NCBI GenBank assembly: GCA_017502305.1 | Contig: JAFVVG010000043.1 | Span: 47,961 to 111,960 of the forward strand | Origin: Clostridia bacterium | GTDB taxonomy: Bacteria; Bacillota; Clostridia; Christensenellales; Aristaeellaceae | Length of the DNA stretch: 64,000 nt | Reading direction: 5' to 3' | Shown here: one piece after another, positions 28,389 through 39,724 of the stretch | Layout: every line of letters begins with the position of its first letter | Numbering within the stretch: the first letter of the stretch is position 1 | Notes under the pieces: model-generated | What the model saw: only the letters and a program-made list of their open reading frames with translations | Told to the model about the DNA's origin: nothing | The model's database searches: none | Program-made: the position numbers and the translations under genes

Positions 28389-29645
28389 ATGGAGGCTTTC
28401 CTGGTGGAAGGCGGGCGCAGGCTGGAAGGCTCGCTGCGGGTGGACGGCGCGAAAAACGCTGTGCTGCCCATTATGGCGGCGGCCATCCTCACCGAAGAGG
28501 AAGTGATCCTGGAGGATGTGCCAAGGATCACCGACGCCATGCATATGGCGGAGATATTGACCATCCTGGGCTGCGATGTGGAACAGGAAAACCGGTGCGT
28601 TACGGTGCGCAGCGGCGCGCTGCACGGCTGGGAAATGCCGGACCGGCTCTCCAAGCAGATCCGCTCCTCCATTTTCCTGCTGGGGCCGATTCTCTCACGG
28701 TTCCGCAAGGCCACGGTTACATATCCCGGCGGGTGCGAGATCGGCCTCAGGCCCATTGATCTGCACCTGCGGGGATTGCGGAGCCTGGGGGTGGAGATCA
28801 CCGAAAGCGGCGGCATGATCCACTGCGACGGAAGCTTCATGCGCTCCGGGGACGTGTATTTTGACTATCCCTCCGTGGGCGCCACGGAAAATGTGATGAT
28901 GGCCGCTGTGCTGCTCAGCGGCATGACCACCATCCACAACGCCGCCCGGGAGCCTGAAATTGTTGATTTGCAGAACATGATCAACGCTATGGGCGGCCAT
29001 GTTCGGGGCGCCGGCAGCCAGATGATTGAGATCGAGGGTGTGAGGCGCCTCCATGGCGTACGCTGGACGCCCATGCCGGACCGCATTGTGGCGGGAACGC
29101 TGCTGGCGGCGGGGGCCATCACCGGAGGAGAGATTGAACTGACCAACGCGCCTGCCGCTGACATGATGGCGGTGCTCTCCAAGCTGCGGGAGATGGGCTG
29201 CGTGATTCACGAGGAGCCGGGCAGGCTTGTGCTTTCCGCCCCGGAACGGCTCAGTGCCTTTGCCCAGCTGCAGACCCAGCCTCATCCTGGTTTTCCCACG
29301 GATATGCAGGTGCAGATGCTGGCGCTGCTTTCTGTGGCCCAGGGAACGGGCGTGATTATGGAAAACGTGTTTGAGAACCGCTTCACCCATGCCGGCGACC
29401 TGAACCGCATGGGCGCCCGCATCCTGTGCAGCGGCAGAACCGCCGTGGTGCAGGGTGTGGAGAAGCTTTACGGCGCCAGGGTCACGGCCCGGGATCTCCG
29501 GGGCGGGGCGGCGCTGGTGCTGGCGGGCCTGCGGGCCCAGGGCGTCACCCAGGTGGATCAGGCCTGCCTGGTGGACAGGGGCTATGATCACCTGGAAGAT
29601 CAGCTTTCGGCCCTGGGGGCGAAGATACAAAGAATCAATGTGTAA
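28389..29645 (+). CDS. murA: UDP-N-acetylglucosamine 1-carboxyvinyltransferase
   Basis: VDGAKNAVLPIMAAAIL and the catalytic Cys loop YPGGCEIGLRPIDLH. ATG lies 9 nt after GGGAGG. Confidence 0.9.
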   Translation: MEAFLVEGGRRLEGSLRVDGAKNAVLPIMAAAILTEEEVILEDVPRITDAMHMAEILTILGCDVEQENRCVTVRSGALHGWEMPDRLSKQIRSSIFLLGPILSRFRKATVTYPGGCEIGLRPIDLHLRGLRSLGVEITESGGMIHCDGSFMRSGDVYFDYPSVGATENVMMAAVLLSGMTTIHNAAREPEIVDLQNMINAMGGHVRGAGSQMIEIEGVRRLHGVRWTPMPDRIVAGTLLAAGAITGGEIELTNAPAADMMAVLSKLREMGCVIHEEPGRLVLSAPERLSAFAQLQTQPHPGFPTDMQVQMLALLSVAQGTGVIMENVFENRFTHAGDLNRMGARILCSGRTAVVQGVEKLYGARVTARDLRGGAALVLAGLRAQGVTQVDQACLVDRGYDHLEDQLSALGAKIQRINV

Positions 29646-29663
29646 CCAAAGGAGGCGCGGCCT

Positions 29664-30782
29664 ATGGAGCCTAACTGGCAGATGAACCAGCAGCCCCGGC
29701 AGGGGAGCGGTGGTCACCGTCCGTCCGTCTGGAATGACCAGGGGGAGTATGCCCAGCAGCCACTGGGCAGCCAGCAAAGGCAGCTGCCGTACCAGGGGCA
29801 GGGGACGCAACCCCAGCCCTTTGCCGGCGGACAAGCCTGGCAGGGTTATCCGCCCCAGCCCAGCGCTGCGCCCACCCCCAGCAATCCCTGGGCCACTGGG
29901 CCGGTGGATCCCTTTGATGAGCCTTCAGAGGCACCGGAGCTGATGGAGGCCCGCAGTGATCATCTCTACAACAAGGAGGATCGCTTCTGGGATCATGTGG
30001 ATGGCGCTCAGCAGACAGACCGGCACGCACGGAAAAAGCCCCGAGGCAAGGCGGAAGGTCATACCTTGCGGTGGGTGATCCTGATCCTGGCGGTGATGGT
30101 GGGCGTAGGCGGCTTGATCTACGGCGCTGTGTTCCAGGTGCGGGACATCACCGTGCAGGGCAGCGTAACCATTGCCGAGAAGGCCATCATCGACCTTTCT
30201 GGCATTCATCTGGGCATGAATACCTTCTCCATTGATGATGATCAGGTGGAGAAGAACATCGAAAGCAACAGGTATCTCTCTTTTGTATGCGTGGACAAGC
30301 ACCTGCCGGACAAGGTGATTCTGCAGGTGAAGGAGCGCGTTCCCGCCGCCACGGTGAAGTACTGCGGTATCCTCTATACCATGGACAACCGCGGCATGGT
30401 GCTGGAGGAATCCCTCGATACCGAGATGAAAACGGGCCTGGTGCTGGTGGATGGCCTGAACATTCACGACTGTCGTGTGGGCCAGACCATCGGCCTGACC
30501 GACGCCAAGCAGATGCAGGTGTTCACCGAGGTGCTGGTGGAATTGAAGGTGATGTCCGCCCTTTACATGGTGAAGGAATTGGATCTGTCCAACATGGACA
30601 ACCTGTTTATCGTATCTGCGGATGAGGAAAGCTTCACCGTGCGCCTGGGGCCTGCGGAAAACCTGCATGCCAAGCTGCGCTCCATGATCCTGACCATCAA
30701 CCACCTCCGCAGGGAAGGATACGAGGGCGGCACCCTGGATGTGAGCAGCCCGGTGAATCCCACCTATATTCCGGAATCCTGA
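29664..30782 (+). CDS. ftsQ: Cell division protein FtsQ/DivIB with Gln/Pro-rich N-terminal extension
   Basis: TM helix (WVILILAVMVGVGGLIYGAVF) and POTRA domain (VRDITVQGSVTIAEKAIIDLSG). The first roughly 90 aa are Q/P/G-rich low complexity. Confidence 0.8.
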   Translation: MEPNWQMNQQPRQGSGGHRPSVWNDQGEYAQQPLGSQQRQLPYQGQGTQPQPFAGGQAWQGYPPQPSAAPTPSNPWATGPVDPFDEPSEAPELMEARSDHLYNKEDRFWDHVDGAQQTDRHARKKPRGKAEGHTLRWVILILAVMVGVGGLIYGAVFQVRDITVQGSVTIAEKAIIDLSGIHLGMNTFSIDDDQVEKNIESNRYLSFVCVDKHLPDKVILQVKERVPAATVKYCGILYTMDNRGMVLEESLDTEMKTGLVLVDGLNIHDCRVGQTIGLTDAKQMQVFTEVLVELKVMSALYMVKELDLSNMDNLFIVSADEESFTVRLGPAENLHAKLRSMILTINHLRREGYEGGTLDVSSPVNPTYIPES

Positions 30783-30843
30783 CAAAATTTACATTTCTGC
30801 GACGAAATTTGCGAGATTCTTGCCATATCTAGCTGGAAAACAC

Positions 30844-30872
30844 TTGCATTCAAGGGAAAAACCTATTATAAT
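30844..30872 (+). promoter_or_regulatory. Sigma-A type promoter for ftsA-ftsZ
   Basis: TTGCAT (30844-30849), 17 nt, TATAAT (30867-30872). Predicts a roughly 130-nt leader. Confidence 0.65.
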
Positions 30873-31004
30873 AGAAAATGGTATATTGGATAAGTGGTAG
30901 TGTGCCTGTATGACGTTTCGCCGTGCGGACACGTTGCAGTAAGTTCTATCCGCGGTGCTTTTCCCCAAAGCGGAGCCGCGGTCAACAGGGGGTATGAGAG
31001 ACCT

Positions 31005-32201
31005 ATGAAAACCACGGTAGCGGCCATTGATTTCGGGACGAGCAAGATCGTCACCCTGGTCGCCGAAAACAGCGGTAGTCAACGCTGCGACATCGTGGGC
31101 GCAGGCATTGCGGCCTATGATGGATACCTGGAGGAAGGCTGGAATAACCCCGGCGAACTGGACGAGAAGATCCGTCAGTCCATCAGCGAGGCAGAGAAGC
31201 AGAGCCACCGCAAGCTCCGCGAGATCAACGTGGGTGTGCCCGGCGCCTTTACCAGGGTATACGCCACGGAAGCCCGTGTTTCTCTCAAGGGCCCGGATCC
31301 CCGGGTGTCCGCTTCCGATGTGAAAGCCATCTTCCGTGCCGCCACGGAAAACCTGGGCTCCCTGCCCGGCATCGTGGTGCACTCCAGCCCCGCCTGGTTT
31401 ATGGTGGACGACGGCAAGAAGACCCTGGAGCCCGTGGGCATGAAGGGCCGTGAGCTCAGCGCCCTGATCTCCTTTGTGGTGGCGAACCAGTTCTTCGTGG
31501 ATGAGGTGAACAACCGCCTGGCCGAGCTGGGCATCACCGCCAACGGCTTCTATTCCACCCCGGCGGGCGAGGCTATGCTCTACCTGCCCGAGGAGGACCG
31601 TGACCGCACCGCTGTGCTCATCGACATCGGCTACCTCAACACCGAGGTCATGGCCGTGGAGGGCGACGCGCTCATCTTCCACAAGACCATCGATATCGGC
31701 GGCGGCAACATCGCCGCTGACCTGGCCATCGGCCTGGACATCCCGCTGAAGGAAGCCGAGGAGAAGATCAAGCGCCAGTATGTGTACGGCATTGGCGCCG
31801 CTGGCGAGACCTATGACCTCCCCGGCGTGGACGGCCAGAAGCCCCGCTCCTTCACCCGTGAAGAGGTGACGGAGATCATCACCGCCCGTGTGGATGAGAT
31901 CGCTGAAGAGATTCAATCGGCCATCGACGACAGCGGTATCAAGCTGGGCAACTGGTCGAACATCTACCTCACCGGCGGCGGCTTGAGCTTCAACCGCGGC
32001 GGCAAGGATTACCTCTCCAACAAGCTGGGCCGCCCTGTGCGGGATGTGCCCAAGCGTACCACCAAGATGAACAGCCATGCATATTCCAGCACCCTGGGTC
32101 TGATGGATCTGATCATCGATACCATTGAACAGCAACACCAGCCGTCTGCCGGATTCGGCGGCGCGGTGAAGGATTTCTTCCGCAGTCTGCTGGGCGGCTG
32201 A
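31005..32201 (+). CDS. ftsA: Cell division protein FtsA
   Basis: Actin-fold start AAIDFGTSKIVTLVAE and IDIGGGN. The C-terminal amphipathic helix is AVKDFFRSLLGG. Confidence 0.9.
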   Translation: MKTTVAAIDFGTSKIVTLVAENSGSQRCDIVGAGIAAYDGYLEEGWNNPGELDEKIRQSISEAEKQSHRKLREINVGVPGAFTRVYATEARVSLKGPDPRVSASDVKAIFRAATENLGSLPGIVVHSSPAWFMVDDGKKTLEPVGMKGRELSALISFVVANQFFVDEVNNRLAELGITANGFYSTPAGEAMLYLPEEDRDRTAVLIDIGYLNTEVMAVEGDALIFHKTIDIGGGNIAADLAIGLDIPLKEAEEKIKRQYVYGIGAAGETYDLPGVDGQKPRSFTREEVTEIITARVDEIAEEIQSAIDDSGIKLGNWSNIYLTGGGLSFNRGGKDYLSNKLGRPVRDVPKRTTKMNSHAYSSTLGLMDLIIDTIEQQHQPSAGFGGAVKDFFRSLLGG

Positions 32202-32252
32202 TAACAGCGCGGCAAGGCCGGATCAATGTGAATTATGTCAGGAGGATGCAAA

Positions 32253-33686
<1,434 letters not shown>

Positions 33687-33697
33687 GCGAAATGATT

Positions 33698-33726
33698 AAA
33701 GGGAGAACGCATGCTCTCCCTTTTCT
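33698..33726 (+). terminator. Rho-independent terminator after ftsZ
   Basis: AAAGGGAGA-acgcatgc-TCTCCCTTT followed by TCTG. Confidence 0.65.
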
Positions 33727-33741
33727 GTTCGGAGGATGAAG

Positions 33742-34356
33742 ATGAAGAAGCTTGTTGCTCTGCTGATGATGTGCTGCATGCTTGCAAGCACAGCCTGCGC
33801 CGATACGCTTTCTCAGGAGGCCTGCCGCCTTGCACAGCGCATTGACGCCCTGGCGGATAACGACGTTTATCTGAAAATGATGTTGACACATGAGAATGTC
33901 ATTGGCCTGGGCAAGTCGTTTGGCCGTGGTGACCGCAGCCAGCATACCATGATGGTCAGCGTGGACCTGAGCGCTGTTAATGGACTGGCGCTGATGGCTG
34001 CTTTGGGGAGCGGGCTTGATCCGGAGATCGCCAAGGCTATGGTGGAACGCATGAACAGCGCGCTGCTTTTCTCTTTCATAGGCGGCCGGGGCGCGGATAC
34101 CGTGGCGGCTACCTCCTCGCTGACGGAGAACAACTTCTTTGCCTGTGACATGGAGCCCGGTACCGGCATGTTTTTGATATTCTACGGCGAGTATACGCCT
34201 GTGGCGGTATCCTGGATCGCCAAAAACGGCGCTGTGAGCATGTCTGCCATGTTTTTGCCGCTGGAGGATCTGGCGGGTTGCACAACGCCTGAAATGGTGG
34301 CGGAGTGGTTCGCAGGCATGGGTCTGGGAGGCGTTGCGGTGACGGCGGTGGAATGA
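33742..34356 (+). CDS. Hypothetical secreted or lipid-anchored protein
   Basis: Signal peptide MKKLVALLMMCCMLASTACADT. I recognise no motif in the mature part. Confidence 0.5.
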   Translation: MKKLVALLMMCCMLASTACADTLSQEACRLAQRIDALADNDVYLKMMLTHENVIGLGKSFGRGDRSQHTMMVSVDLSAVNGLALMAALGSGLDPEIAKAMVERMNSALLFSFIGGRGADTVAATSSLTENNFFACDMEPGTGMFLIFYGEYTPVAVSWIAKNGAVSMSAMFLPLEDLAGCTTPEMVAEWFAGMGLGGVAVTAVE

Positions 34357-36747
34357 TTATTCCGCGAAGATAGAAGCGGCACGGTCATCGGGATCGGCGT
34401 CGGGGGTGAAGATATCCTTGATCCACCTGCCCAGGCTGCTGCCGGTGTCCTTCACACGGGCGATCTGCACGCTCTGCAGGCCCTCCAGAAGCACGCCATT
34501 GTCCAGCAATTCGGCGTGGACGGGAATCACCCGGTAGGTATAGGTGACGCCGGCGCGGGCTTTGGTATCGGTAAAATACAGGGTTTGGCCCGGGGTGCCC
34601 CGAAGCTCGGTGAGGATGAAGCTCTCGCCCACAGCGTCCCGCTGCACGCGGTATACGGCGGCGCTGGAGGGTTCGATGACCAGCACCGGCTGGCCGGCAT
34701 CATTATGAGTGACGTAAAAGGATTTCGCCGTAGGCGGCGCCGTCCACACGTCGCTCTTTTTTGTGGGCTGATTGCCGGATGCGAACAGCTCGGTGGTGCG
34801 GTATGCCTTGGGGGTGAGGGAGGTGGCAAGCATGGCCTCACCCTTCCATTCGATGGCTTTCTTGTCGATTTCCACGGAAACGATGCCTTTGGGCCTCTGG
34901 AAATCCGGGGTAGGTTTGCCGGCGTACCAGGCCTTGAGGAAATTGCGGGCCAGGGTGGCCGGGTTGGTGCCGCCGCTGACGGCATTGGGCAGGCGGTGGT
35001 TGGCGTCAGGCTTGTCAAAGCCCATCCAGACGCAGGTGGACAGGGCAGGGGTGTAGGCGTTCATCCACACATCGCGGTTGCCGCCGCCGGTCATGTTCAC
35101 GGTGCCGGTTTTGCCAGCCACAGGGGTACCGGCACTGTTGAGCCTGGTGCCTGTGCCGGAGGTGACGACGGTTTTCATCAGGCTGGTCATGAGATAGGCA
35201 TTCTGGGGCGAGAGCACCCGGGTGCCGCTATCCTGGTGCTGATAGACCACCTTGCCTGCCTGATCGGTGATGCGCTGAATGAAATAAGGGGCATAAAAGG
35301 TTCCGCCGTTGGCAAAGGGGATATAGGCGGCGGCCATCTGCACCGGAGAGGCGCCGTAGGTCATGCTGCCCAGGGCAAGGGAGAGGTTCCAGTCGCGGTC
35401 GTCCAGGGGGATGCCCACGCTTTGCAGATAGCGGCGGCAGCTTTCCACACCCACCGCCTGCATGACCTTCACCGCGGGGATATTGAGGCTGTTTTTCAGC
35501 GCCTGGCGCAGGGTGACGTTGCCGTAATAGGCGTTGCCGGCGTTCTTGGGCTTATAGCCGCCAAAGTTGGTGGGCTCGTCCTTCACCACGCTGGCGGGGG
35601 TCCAGCCGGCATATTCCATGGCGGGGGCGTAGACTGCCAGGGGTTTCAGGGCGGATCCGGGCTGCCGGCGAAGCTGCGTGGCACGGTTCAATCCCCGACG
35701 GGTGGTGTATTCACGCCCGCCCACGATGGCCCGTACCGCGCCGGTTTGGGTATCCACGCAGGCGGCGGCGGACTGCACGGGGGTACCGTCCTTGGCGTTG
35801 GCGGGAAAAACATTTTGCGTGAATTGCTTCTCCAATGTGGCCTGCATGGCCTGATCCAGGGTGGTGTAGATGCGGTATCCGCCTGCCAGCAGCATTTCGG
35901 CGGAAACGTCCAGCTGCAATTCTGCCTCGTCCAGCACAGCATCCACAAACCAGCCGTAGGCGGTGGCGGAGGAAGCGCTCTTTGCGGCGGTGATCTCCTC
36001 AGCCAGGGCGGATTCGTATTCCTGGTCGGTGAGCATACCCTCCTCATGCATGGTGGCAAGGATGTAGCCACGGCGCTTGGCGTTGGCCTGGGGAGCGGCT
36101 TGCAGGCTGTAAGTGGATGGGGCTTTGATGGCGGCGGCCAGGGCGGCGGCCTGGGCAGGGGAGAGATCCCTTGCGTCAATGCCGAAGGTGGTTTGCGCAG
36201 CGGCCTGGATGCCATAGGCGCCCTGACCGAAATAGATGTAATTGAGATACATCTCAAGGATTTCGTCTTTCTCGAACTGCCGCTCCATCTGCAGGGCAAG
36301 CCAGATTTCCTCCAGCTTGCGGGCGATGGTCTTCTGGCTGGAAAGGTGGGAGAGCTTTACCAGCTGCTGGGTGATGGTGCTGGCGCCCTGGCTGTAGCCG
36401 CCGGAGCGAAGGTTGCTGACCACAGCGCCGAAAATGCGGGTCAGATCAAAGCCGGGATGCTTGTAAAAACGCAGGTCCTCTGCAGCCAGGAAAGCATCCA
36501 CCACGTGGCGGGGAAGATCATCCATGTCGATGACGGTGCGGTTTTCCGTGCCAACCAGGGTGGTGACATAGGCGCCGTCCTGATCGTAAATGGCGCCCGC
36601 TTGCGCCAGGTTGGTAAGCTTGCTGACGTCCAGGGTCTGCCAGGAGGAGACGCCGAGATAATTGAAGGCCAGCGCGATCAGACAAAGGAAAGCCACCAGG
36701 CCAGCAATGAGAAGTCCGCGCTTGATCGCCTGTTTTTTGCCTGCCAT
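34357..36747 (-). CDS. Class A penicillin-binding protein (glycosyltransferase/transpeptidase, PBP1A family)
   Basis: GT51 motifs EDLRFYKHPGFD and GASTITQQ. Transpeptidase motifs SALKP, SLN and KTGT. There is an extra roughly 200-aa C-terminal domain. ATG lies 7 nt after AGGAGG. Confidence 0.9.
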   Translation of the reverse strand: MAGKKQAIKRGLLIAGLVAFLCLIALAFNYLGVSSWQTLDVSKLTNLAQAGAIYDQDGAYVTTLVGTENRTVIDMDDLPRHVVDAFLAAEDLRFYKHPGFDLTRIFGAVVSNLRSGGYSQGASTITQQLVKLSHLSSQKTIARKLEEIWLALQMERQFEKDEILEMYLNYIYFGQGAYGIQAAAQTTFGIDARDLSPAQAAALAAAIKAPSTYSLQAAPQANAKRRGYILATMHEEGMLTDQEYESALAEEITAAKSASSATAYGWFVDAVLDEAELQLDVSAEMLLAGGYRIYTTLDQAMQATLEKQFTQNVFPANAKDGTPVQSAAACVDTQTGAVRAIVGGREYTTRRGLNRATQLRRQPGSALKPLAVYAPAMEYAGWTPASVVKDEPTNFGGYKPKNAGNAYYGNVTLRQALKNSLNIPAVKVMQAVGVESCRRYLQSVGIPLDDRDWNLSLALGSMTYGASPVQMAAAYIPFANGGTFYAPYFIQRITDQAGKVVYQHQDSGTRVLSPQNAYLMTSLMKTVVTSGTGTRLNSAGTPVAGKTGTVNMTGGGNRDVWMNAYTPALSTCVWMGFDKPDANHRLPNAVSGGTNPATLARNFLKAWYAGKPTPDFQRPKGIVSVEIDKKAIEWKGEAMLATSLTPKAYRTTELFASGNQPTKKSDVWTAPPTAKSFYVTHNDAGQPVLVIEPSSAAVYRVQRDAVGESFILTELRGTPGQTLYFTDTKARAGVTYTYRVIPVHAELLDNGVLLEGLQSVQIARVKDTGSSLGRWIKDIFTPDADPDDRAASIFAE

Positions 36748-36916
36748 GTGCATCCCTCCTGCCGCGTAGTATGCCCGGCGGCGCTTGCTGTGCGCCATGC
36801 AGTTGCTGGTATTGGTGGAAAATGCTGCGGAAGGCCTGATTGGCGCAAATAGTGCTGGTCAAATGTGCGAAAATGGTCTATAATAATATATTATCACCAC
36901 ATAAGGGGGAGATTTT

Positions 36917-38413
36917 GTGCGCAAGGGAATTGCCTGCCTTCTGGCCCTGGCGATGCTGCTTATGACCTTTGCCGCCGGCGCGGAGGGTGCTTATACCATG
37001 GCCGGCTTTGACGGCGACGGCGTCAATCATGACTGGAACACCAACCTTTTCTTTCAGCGAATGGAGGAAAAAACAGGCGTTGCTTTCGAGTTTCAGCAGG
37101 TGATGGACTATGACCGCTGGCAGAGCGTGAAAGCGAGTTATGCTTCCGGTGAGGAGCCCATGCCCGATGTGCTGTTCAAGGCGGGCCTGAGCACCCAGGA
37201 GATGCAGGAATGGTTTGCCGCGGGCAAGATCATTGACCTGAAGCCTTACCTGGAGGAGCATGCCCCCAACCTGTGGGCGCTTCTGCAGCAGCATCCGGAG
37301 TGGGAAAAGGCGATTACGCTGCCCACCGGCGAGATTCCCGCGCTGCCCTATATCAACGAGCTTCAGAACAACAACGCTATGTGGATCAATCAAGCGTGGC
37401 TGAACACCCTGCAGTTGGAGCCCCCTGCCACCGCCCAGGAGCTGACGGAAGTGCTGCGGGCCTTCAAGCAGAACGATCCCAACATGAACGGCAAGCAGGA
37501 TGAAATTCCCCTGGCTTTCCTGAGCCTGTGGGACCTGAAATTCCTGGGTCATGCCTTTGGGCTGATTGGCAATGATTACAACATTTATGTAGATGAAAAC
37601 GGCCAGGCGCAGTCCACCCTGAACAGTGAAAAGAACCGTGCGTTTCTGGGATGGCTGAACCAGCTGTGGGAGGAAAAGCTGCTGGATCAGCAGGGCTTCA
37701 GCACCGCGGACAGCCTGCGGGCCATTACGGATGAAAAGGCTGCCATTACCTATGGCGTGATGCTGGCGCCCACCCCGCTGACGCTGATCCCCGGCAAGGC
37801 CCTGGAGCAGTATGTACTGCTGATGCCCCTGACATTCGAGGGCAAGCAGGTTTACCGCGACCTGAACGGCGACCTGGTGCGCGGCACCTTTGCCATTGGC
37901 GCCGGGTGCAAGAACCCTGCCGAGCTGGTGGCCTGGGTGGATTATCTCTACACCGAGGAAGGCTGTCGACTGGCCCAGGCCGGCCTGGAGAATGTGGATT
38001 ATGTGGTGCATGAGGATGGCACCTGGAGCTGGGTTGAGGATATGGAGACGGTGGCCAGCTCTGTGCTGGCGGAGGTAGCCATCGCCGAGGGCGGCCTGAT
38101 GCCGGGCCTTTCCTCGGTGGAGTTCCAGCGCAGCTACGATGAAAAGGAAACCGCCCGTGCCGTCGACGCGCTGGCGGAAATGAAGAAAGTCAGCGTGGAG
38201 CCCTGCCCCCAGCTGTGGTTTACGGAGGAGGAGCAGACCAGGCTGGCGGAGCTGCAGATGACCCTTGGCAAGTATGCCGAGCAGAACATGGTGTGGTTCG
38301 TCACGGGCGAAGTGGAACTGAACGATGAAAACTGGAACGCCTTCTGCGCGAAGCTGGAGGAGCTGGGCCTGCAGGAAATGCTGGAGATCTTCCAGCGCGC
38401 CATTGAAAAATAA
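36917..38413 (+). CDS. Extracellular solute-binding protein (ABC family-1 type), no adjacent permease genes
   Basis: 498 aa. Signal peptide MRKGIACLLALAMLLMTFAAGAEG. General family-1 SBP look (KIIDLKPYLEEHAPNLW, DEIPLAF). GTG start after GGGGGAG. Confidence 0.7.
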   Translation: MRKGIACLLALAMLLMTFAAGAEGAYTMAGFDGDGVNHDWNTNLFFQRMEEKTGVAFEFQQVMDYDRWQSVKASYASGEEPMPDVLFKAGLSTQEMQEWFAAGKIIDLKPYLEEHAPNLWALLQQHPEWEKAITLPTGEIPALPYINELQNNNAMWINQAWLNTLQLEPPATAQELTEVLRAFKQNDPNMNGKQDEIPLAFLSLWDLKFLGHAFGLIGNDYNIYVDENGQAQSTLNSEKNRAFLGWLNQLWEEKLLDQQGFSTADSLRAITDEKAAITYGVMLAPTPLTLIPGKALEQYVLLMPLTFEGKQVYRDLNGDLVRGTFAIGAGCKNPAELVAWVDYLYTEEGCRLAQAGLENVDYVVHEDGTWSWVEDMETVASSVLAEVAIAEGGLMPGLSSVEFQRSYDEKETARAVDALAEMKKVSVEPCPQLWFTEEEQTRLAELQMTLGKYAEQNMVWFVTGEVELNDENWNAFCAKLEELGLQEMLEIFQRAIEK

Positions 38414-38433
38414 CGACAAAGGATGGAAACGTC

Positions 38434-39720
38434 ATGAATCGCTATGCAAGCATGATCCGCAACCTGAAATCTCCTGAGGTGATCGCCAGGCTGAACAGCC
38501 TTTATGGCTCCAGGGACGGTGCTTTGGTGGAACAGCTGACCCGCTATGAATCGCTGATCAAGCGGCATGAGGAACGGTTCCATGCGGAGCGTGAGGTGCT
38601 GATGATCAGCGCCCCGGGCCGTACGGAAATTGGCGGCAACCATACCGACCACAACAAGGGCAAGGTGCTGGCGGCGGCGGTGAACCTGGATACCCTGGCG
38701 GCGGTCTCTGCCCGCGAGGATACCCTGGTGAACGTGCACAGCGATGGCTATCCTGCCATGACCATCGACCTGGCGGATCTGACCAAACGCGAAGAAGAAC
38801 TGGGCACCACCGCAGCGCTGATCCGCGGCGTGGCCTCCCGCATGGCGGAAATGGGCTACAAGGTGGGCGGCTTTGACGCGGTGATTACCTCCACCGTGGC
38901 CTCCGGCAGCGGCCTGAGCTCCTCCGCCGCCTTCGAGGTGCTGATCTGCGCCATTCTGGATACGCTGTACAACGGAAACGCCATCGACGCCAAAACCCAG
39001 GCCAAGATCAGCCAGTACGCAGAGAATGTATACTTTGGCAAGCCCAGCGGTCTGCTGGATCAGATGGCCAGCGCCAATGGCGGCTTGGTGTATGTGGACT
39101 TCAAGAACGATGATCCCGACGTGCGCCCCATGGCCTATGATTTTGCGAAGAAGGGCTATGCCCTGGTGGTGGTTGCCACCGGCGGCAGCCATGACGACCT
39201 GACCGACGAATATGCCGCCATCCCTGCCGAAATGAAGCAGGTGGCAGCCTTCTTTGGCGAGGAGAACCTGCGCCGCGTGCGTCCCGAGGAGTTTGGCGCC
39301 AATGTGGCTGCCCTGCGTGAAAGGACCTCCGACCGCGCGGTGCTGCGCGCGCTGCACTTCTTTGATGAGAACGACCGTGTATGCTGGCAGGTGGAAGCGC
39401 TGAAGAACGATGACGTGGAGACCTTCTTCAAGCATATCATCGCCAGCGGACGCAGCAGCTATATGTACCTGCAGAACGTCTATGCTCAGAAGCGTCCCCA
39501 GGAACAGAGCCTGGCCATCGCGCTTTCCATGGCGGAATTCAAACTGCAGGGCAAGGGCGCCTGGCGCGTCCACGGCGGCGGTTTTGCCGGCACCACGCTG
39601 AACTTTGTGCCCCAGAAGGAACTGGCGGCTTTCATCGGAACCATGGAAGCCATCTTCGGCCCCCGAAGCTGCCACGTGCTGGACATCCGGCCCGAGGGTG
39701 CGGCAGTGATCAGGCTGTAA
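38434..39720 (+). CDS. galK: Galactokinase
   Basis: Galactokinase signature APGRTEIGGNHTDHNKG and GHMP kinase motif GSGLSSSAAFEV. Confidence 0.85.
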   Translation: MNRYASMIRNLKSPEVIARLNSLYGSRDGALVEQLTRYESLIKRHEERFHAEREVLMISAPGRTEIGGNHTDHNKGKVLAAAVNLDTLAAVSAREDTLVNVHSDGYPAMTIDLADLTKREEELGTTAALIRGVASRMAEMGYKVGGFDAVITSTVASGSGLSSSAAFEVLICAILDTLYNGNAIDAKTQAKISQYAENVYFGKPSGLLDQMASANGGLVYVDFKNDDPDVRPMAYDFAKKGYALVVVATGGSHDDLTDEYAAIPAEMKQVAAFFGEENLRRVRPEEFGANVAALRERTSDRAVLRALHFFDENDRVCWQVEALKNDDVETFFKHIIASGRSSYMYLQNVYAQKRPQEQSLAIALSMAEFKLQGKGAWRVHGGGFAGTTLNFVPQKELAAFIGTMEAIFGPRSCHVLDIRPEGAAVIRL

Positions 39721-39724
39721 TACC

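Noticed and set aside
34516-36852. Very long ORFs antisense to well-supported genes: 34516-36852(+), 44181-46664(+), 51953-54259(+), 54536-56200(+), 56559-58238(+), 8478-10025(-), 13700-15487(-), 20977-22785(-), 23815-24588(-), 36878-38419(-), 38134-39726(-), 59363-60832(-).
   Set aside because: Each mirrors a gene with clear family motifs on the other strand. Their translations are dominated by G, A, R, H, V and L with few K, I, N, F or Y, they lack RBSs, and they contain no recognisable motifs. This is the typical stop-codon-poor antisense frame of GC-rich coding DNA.
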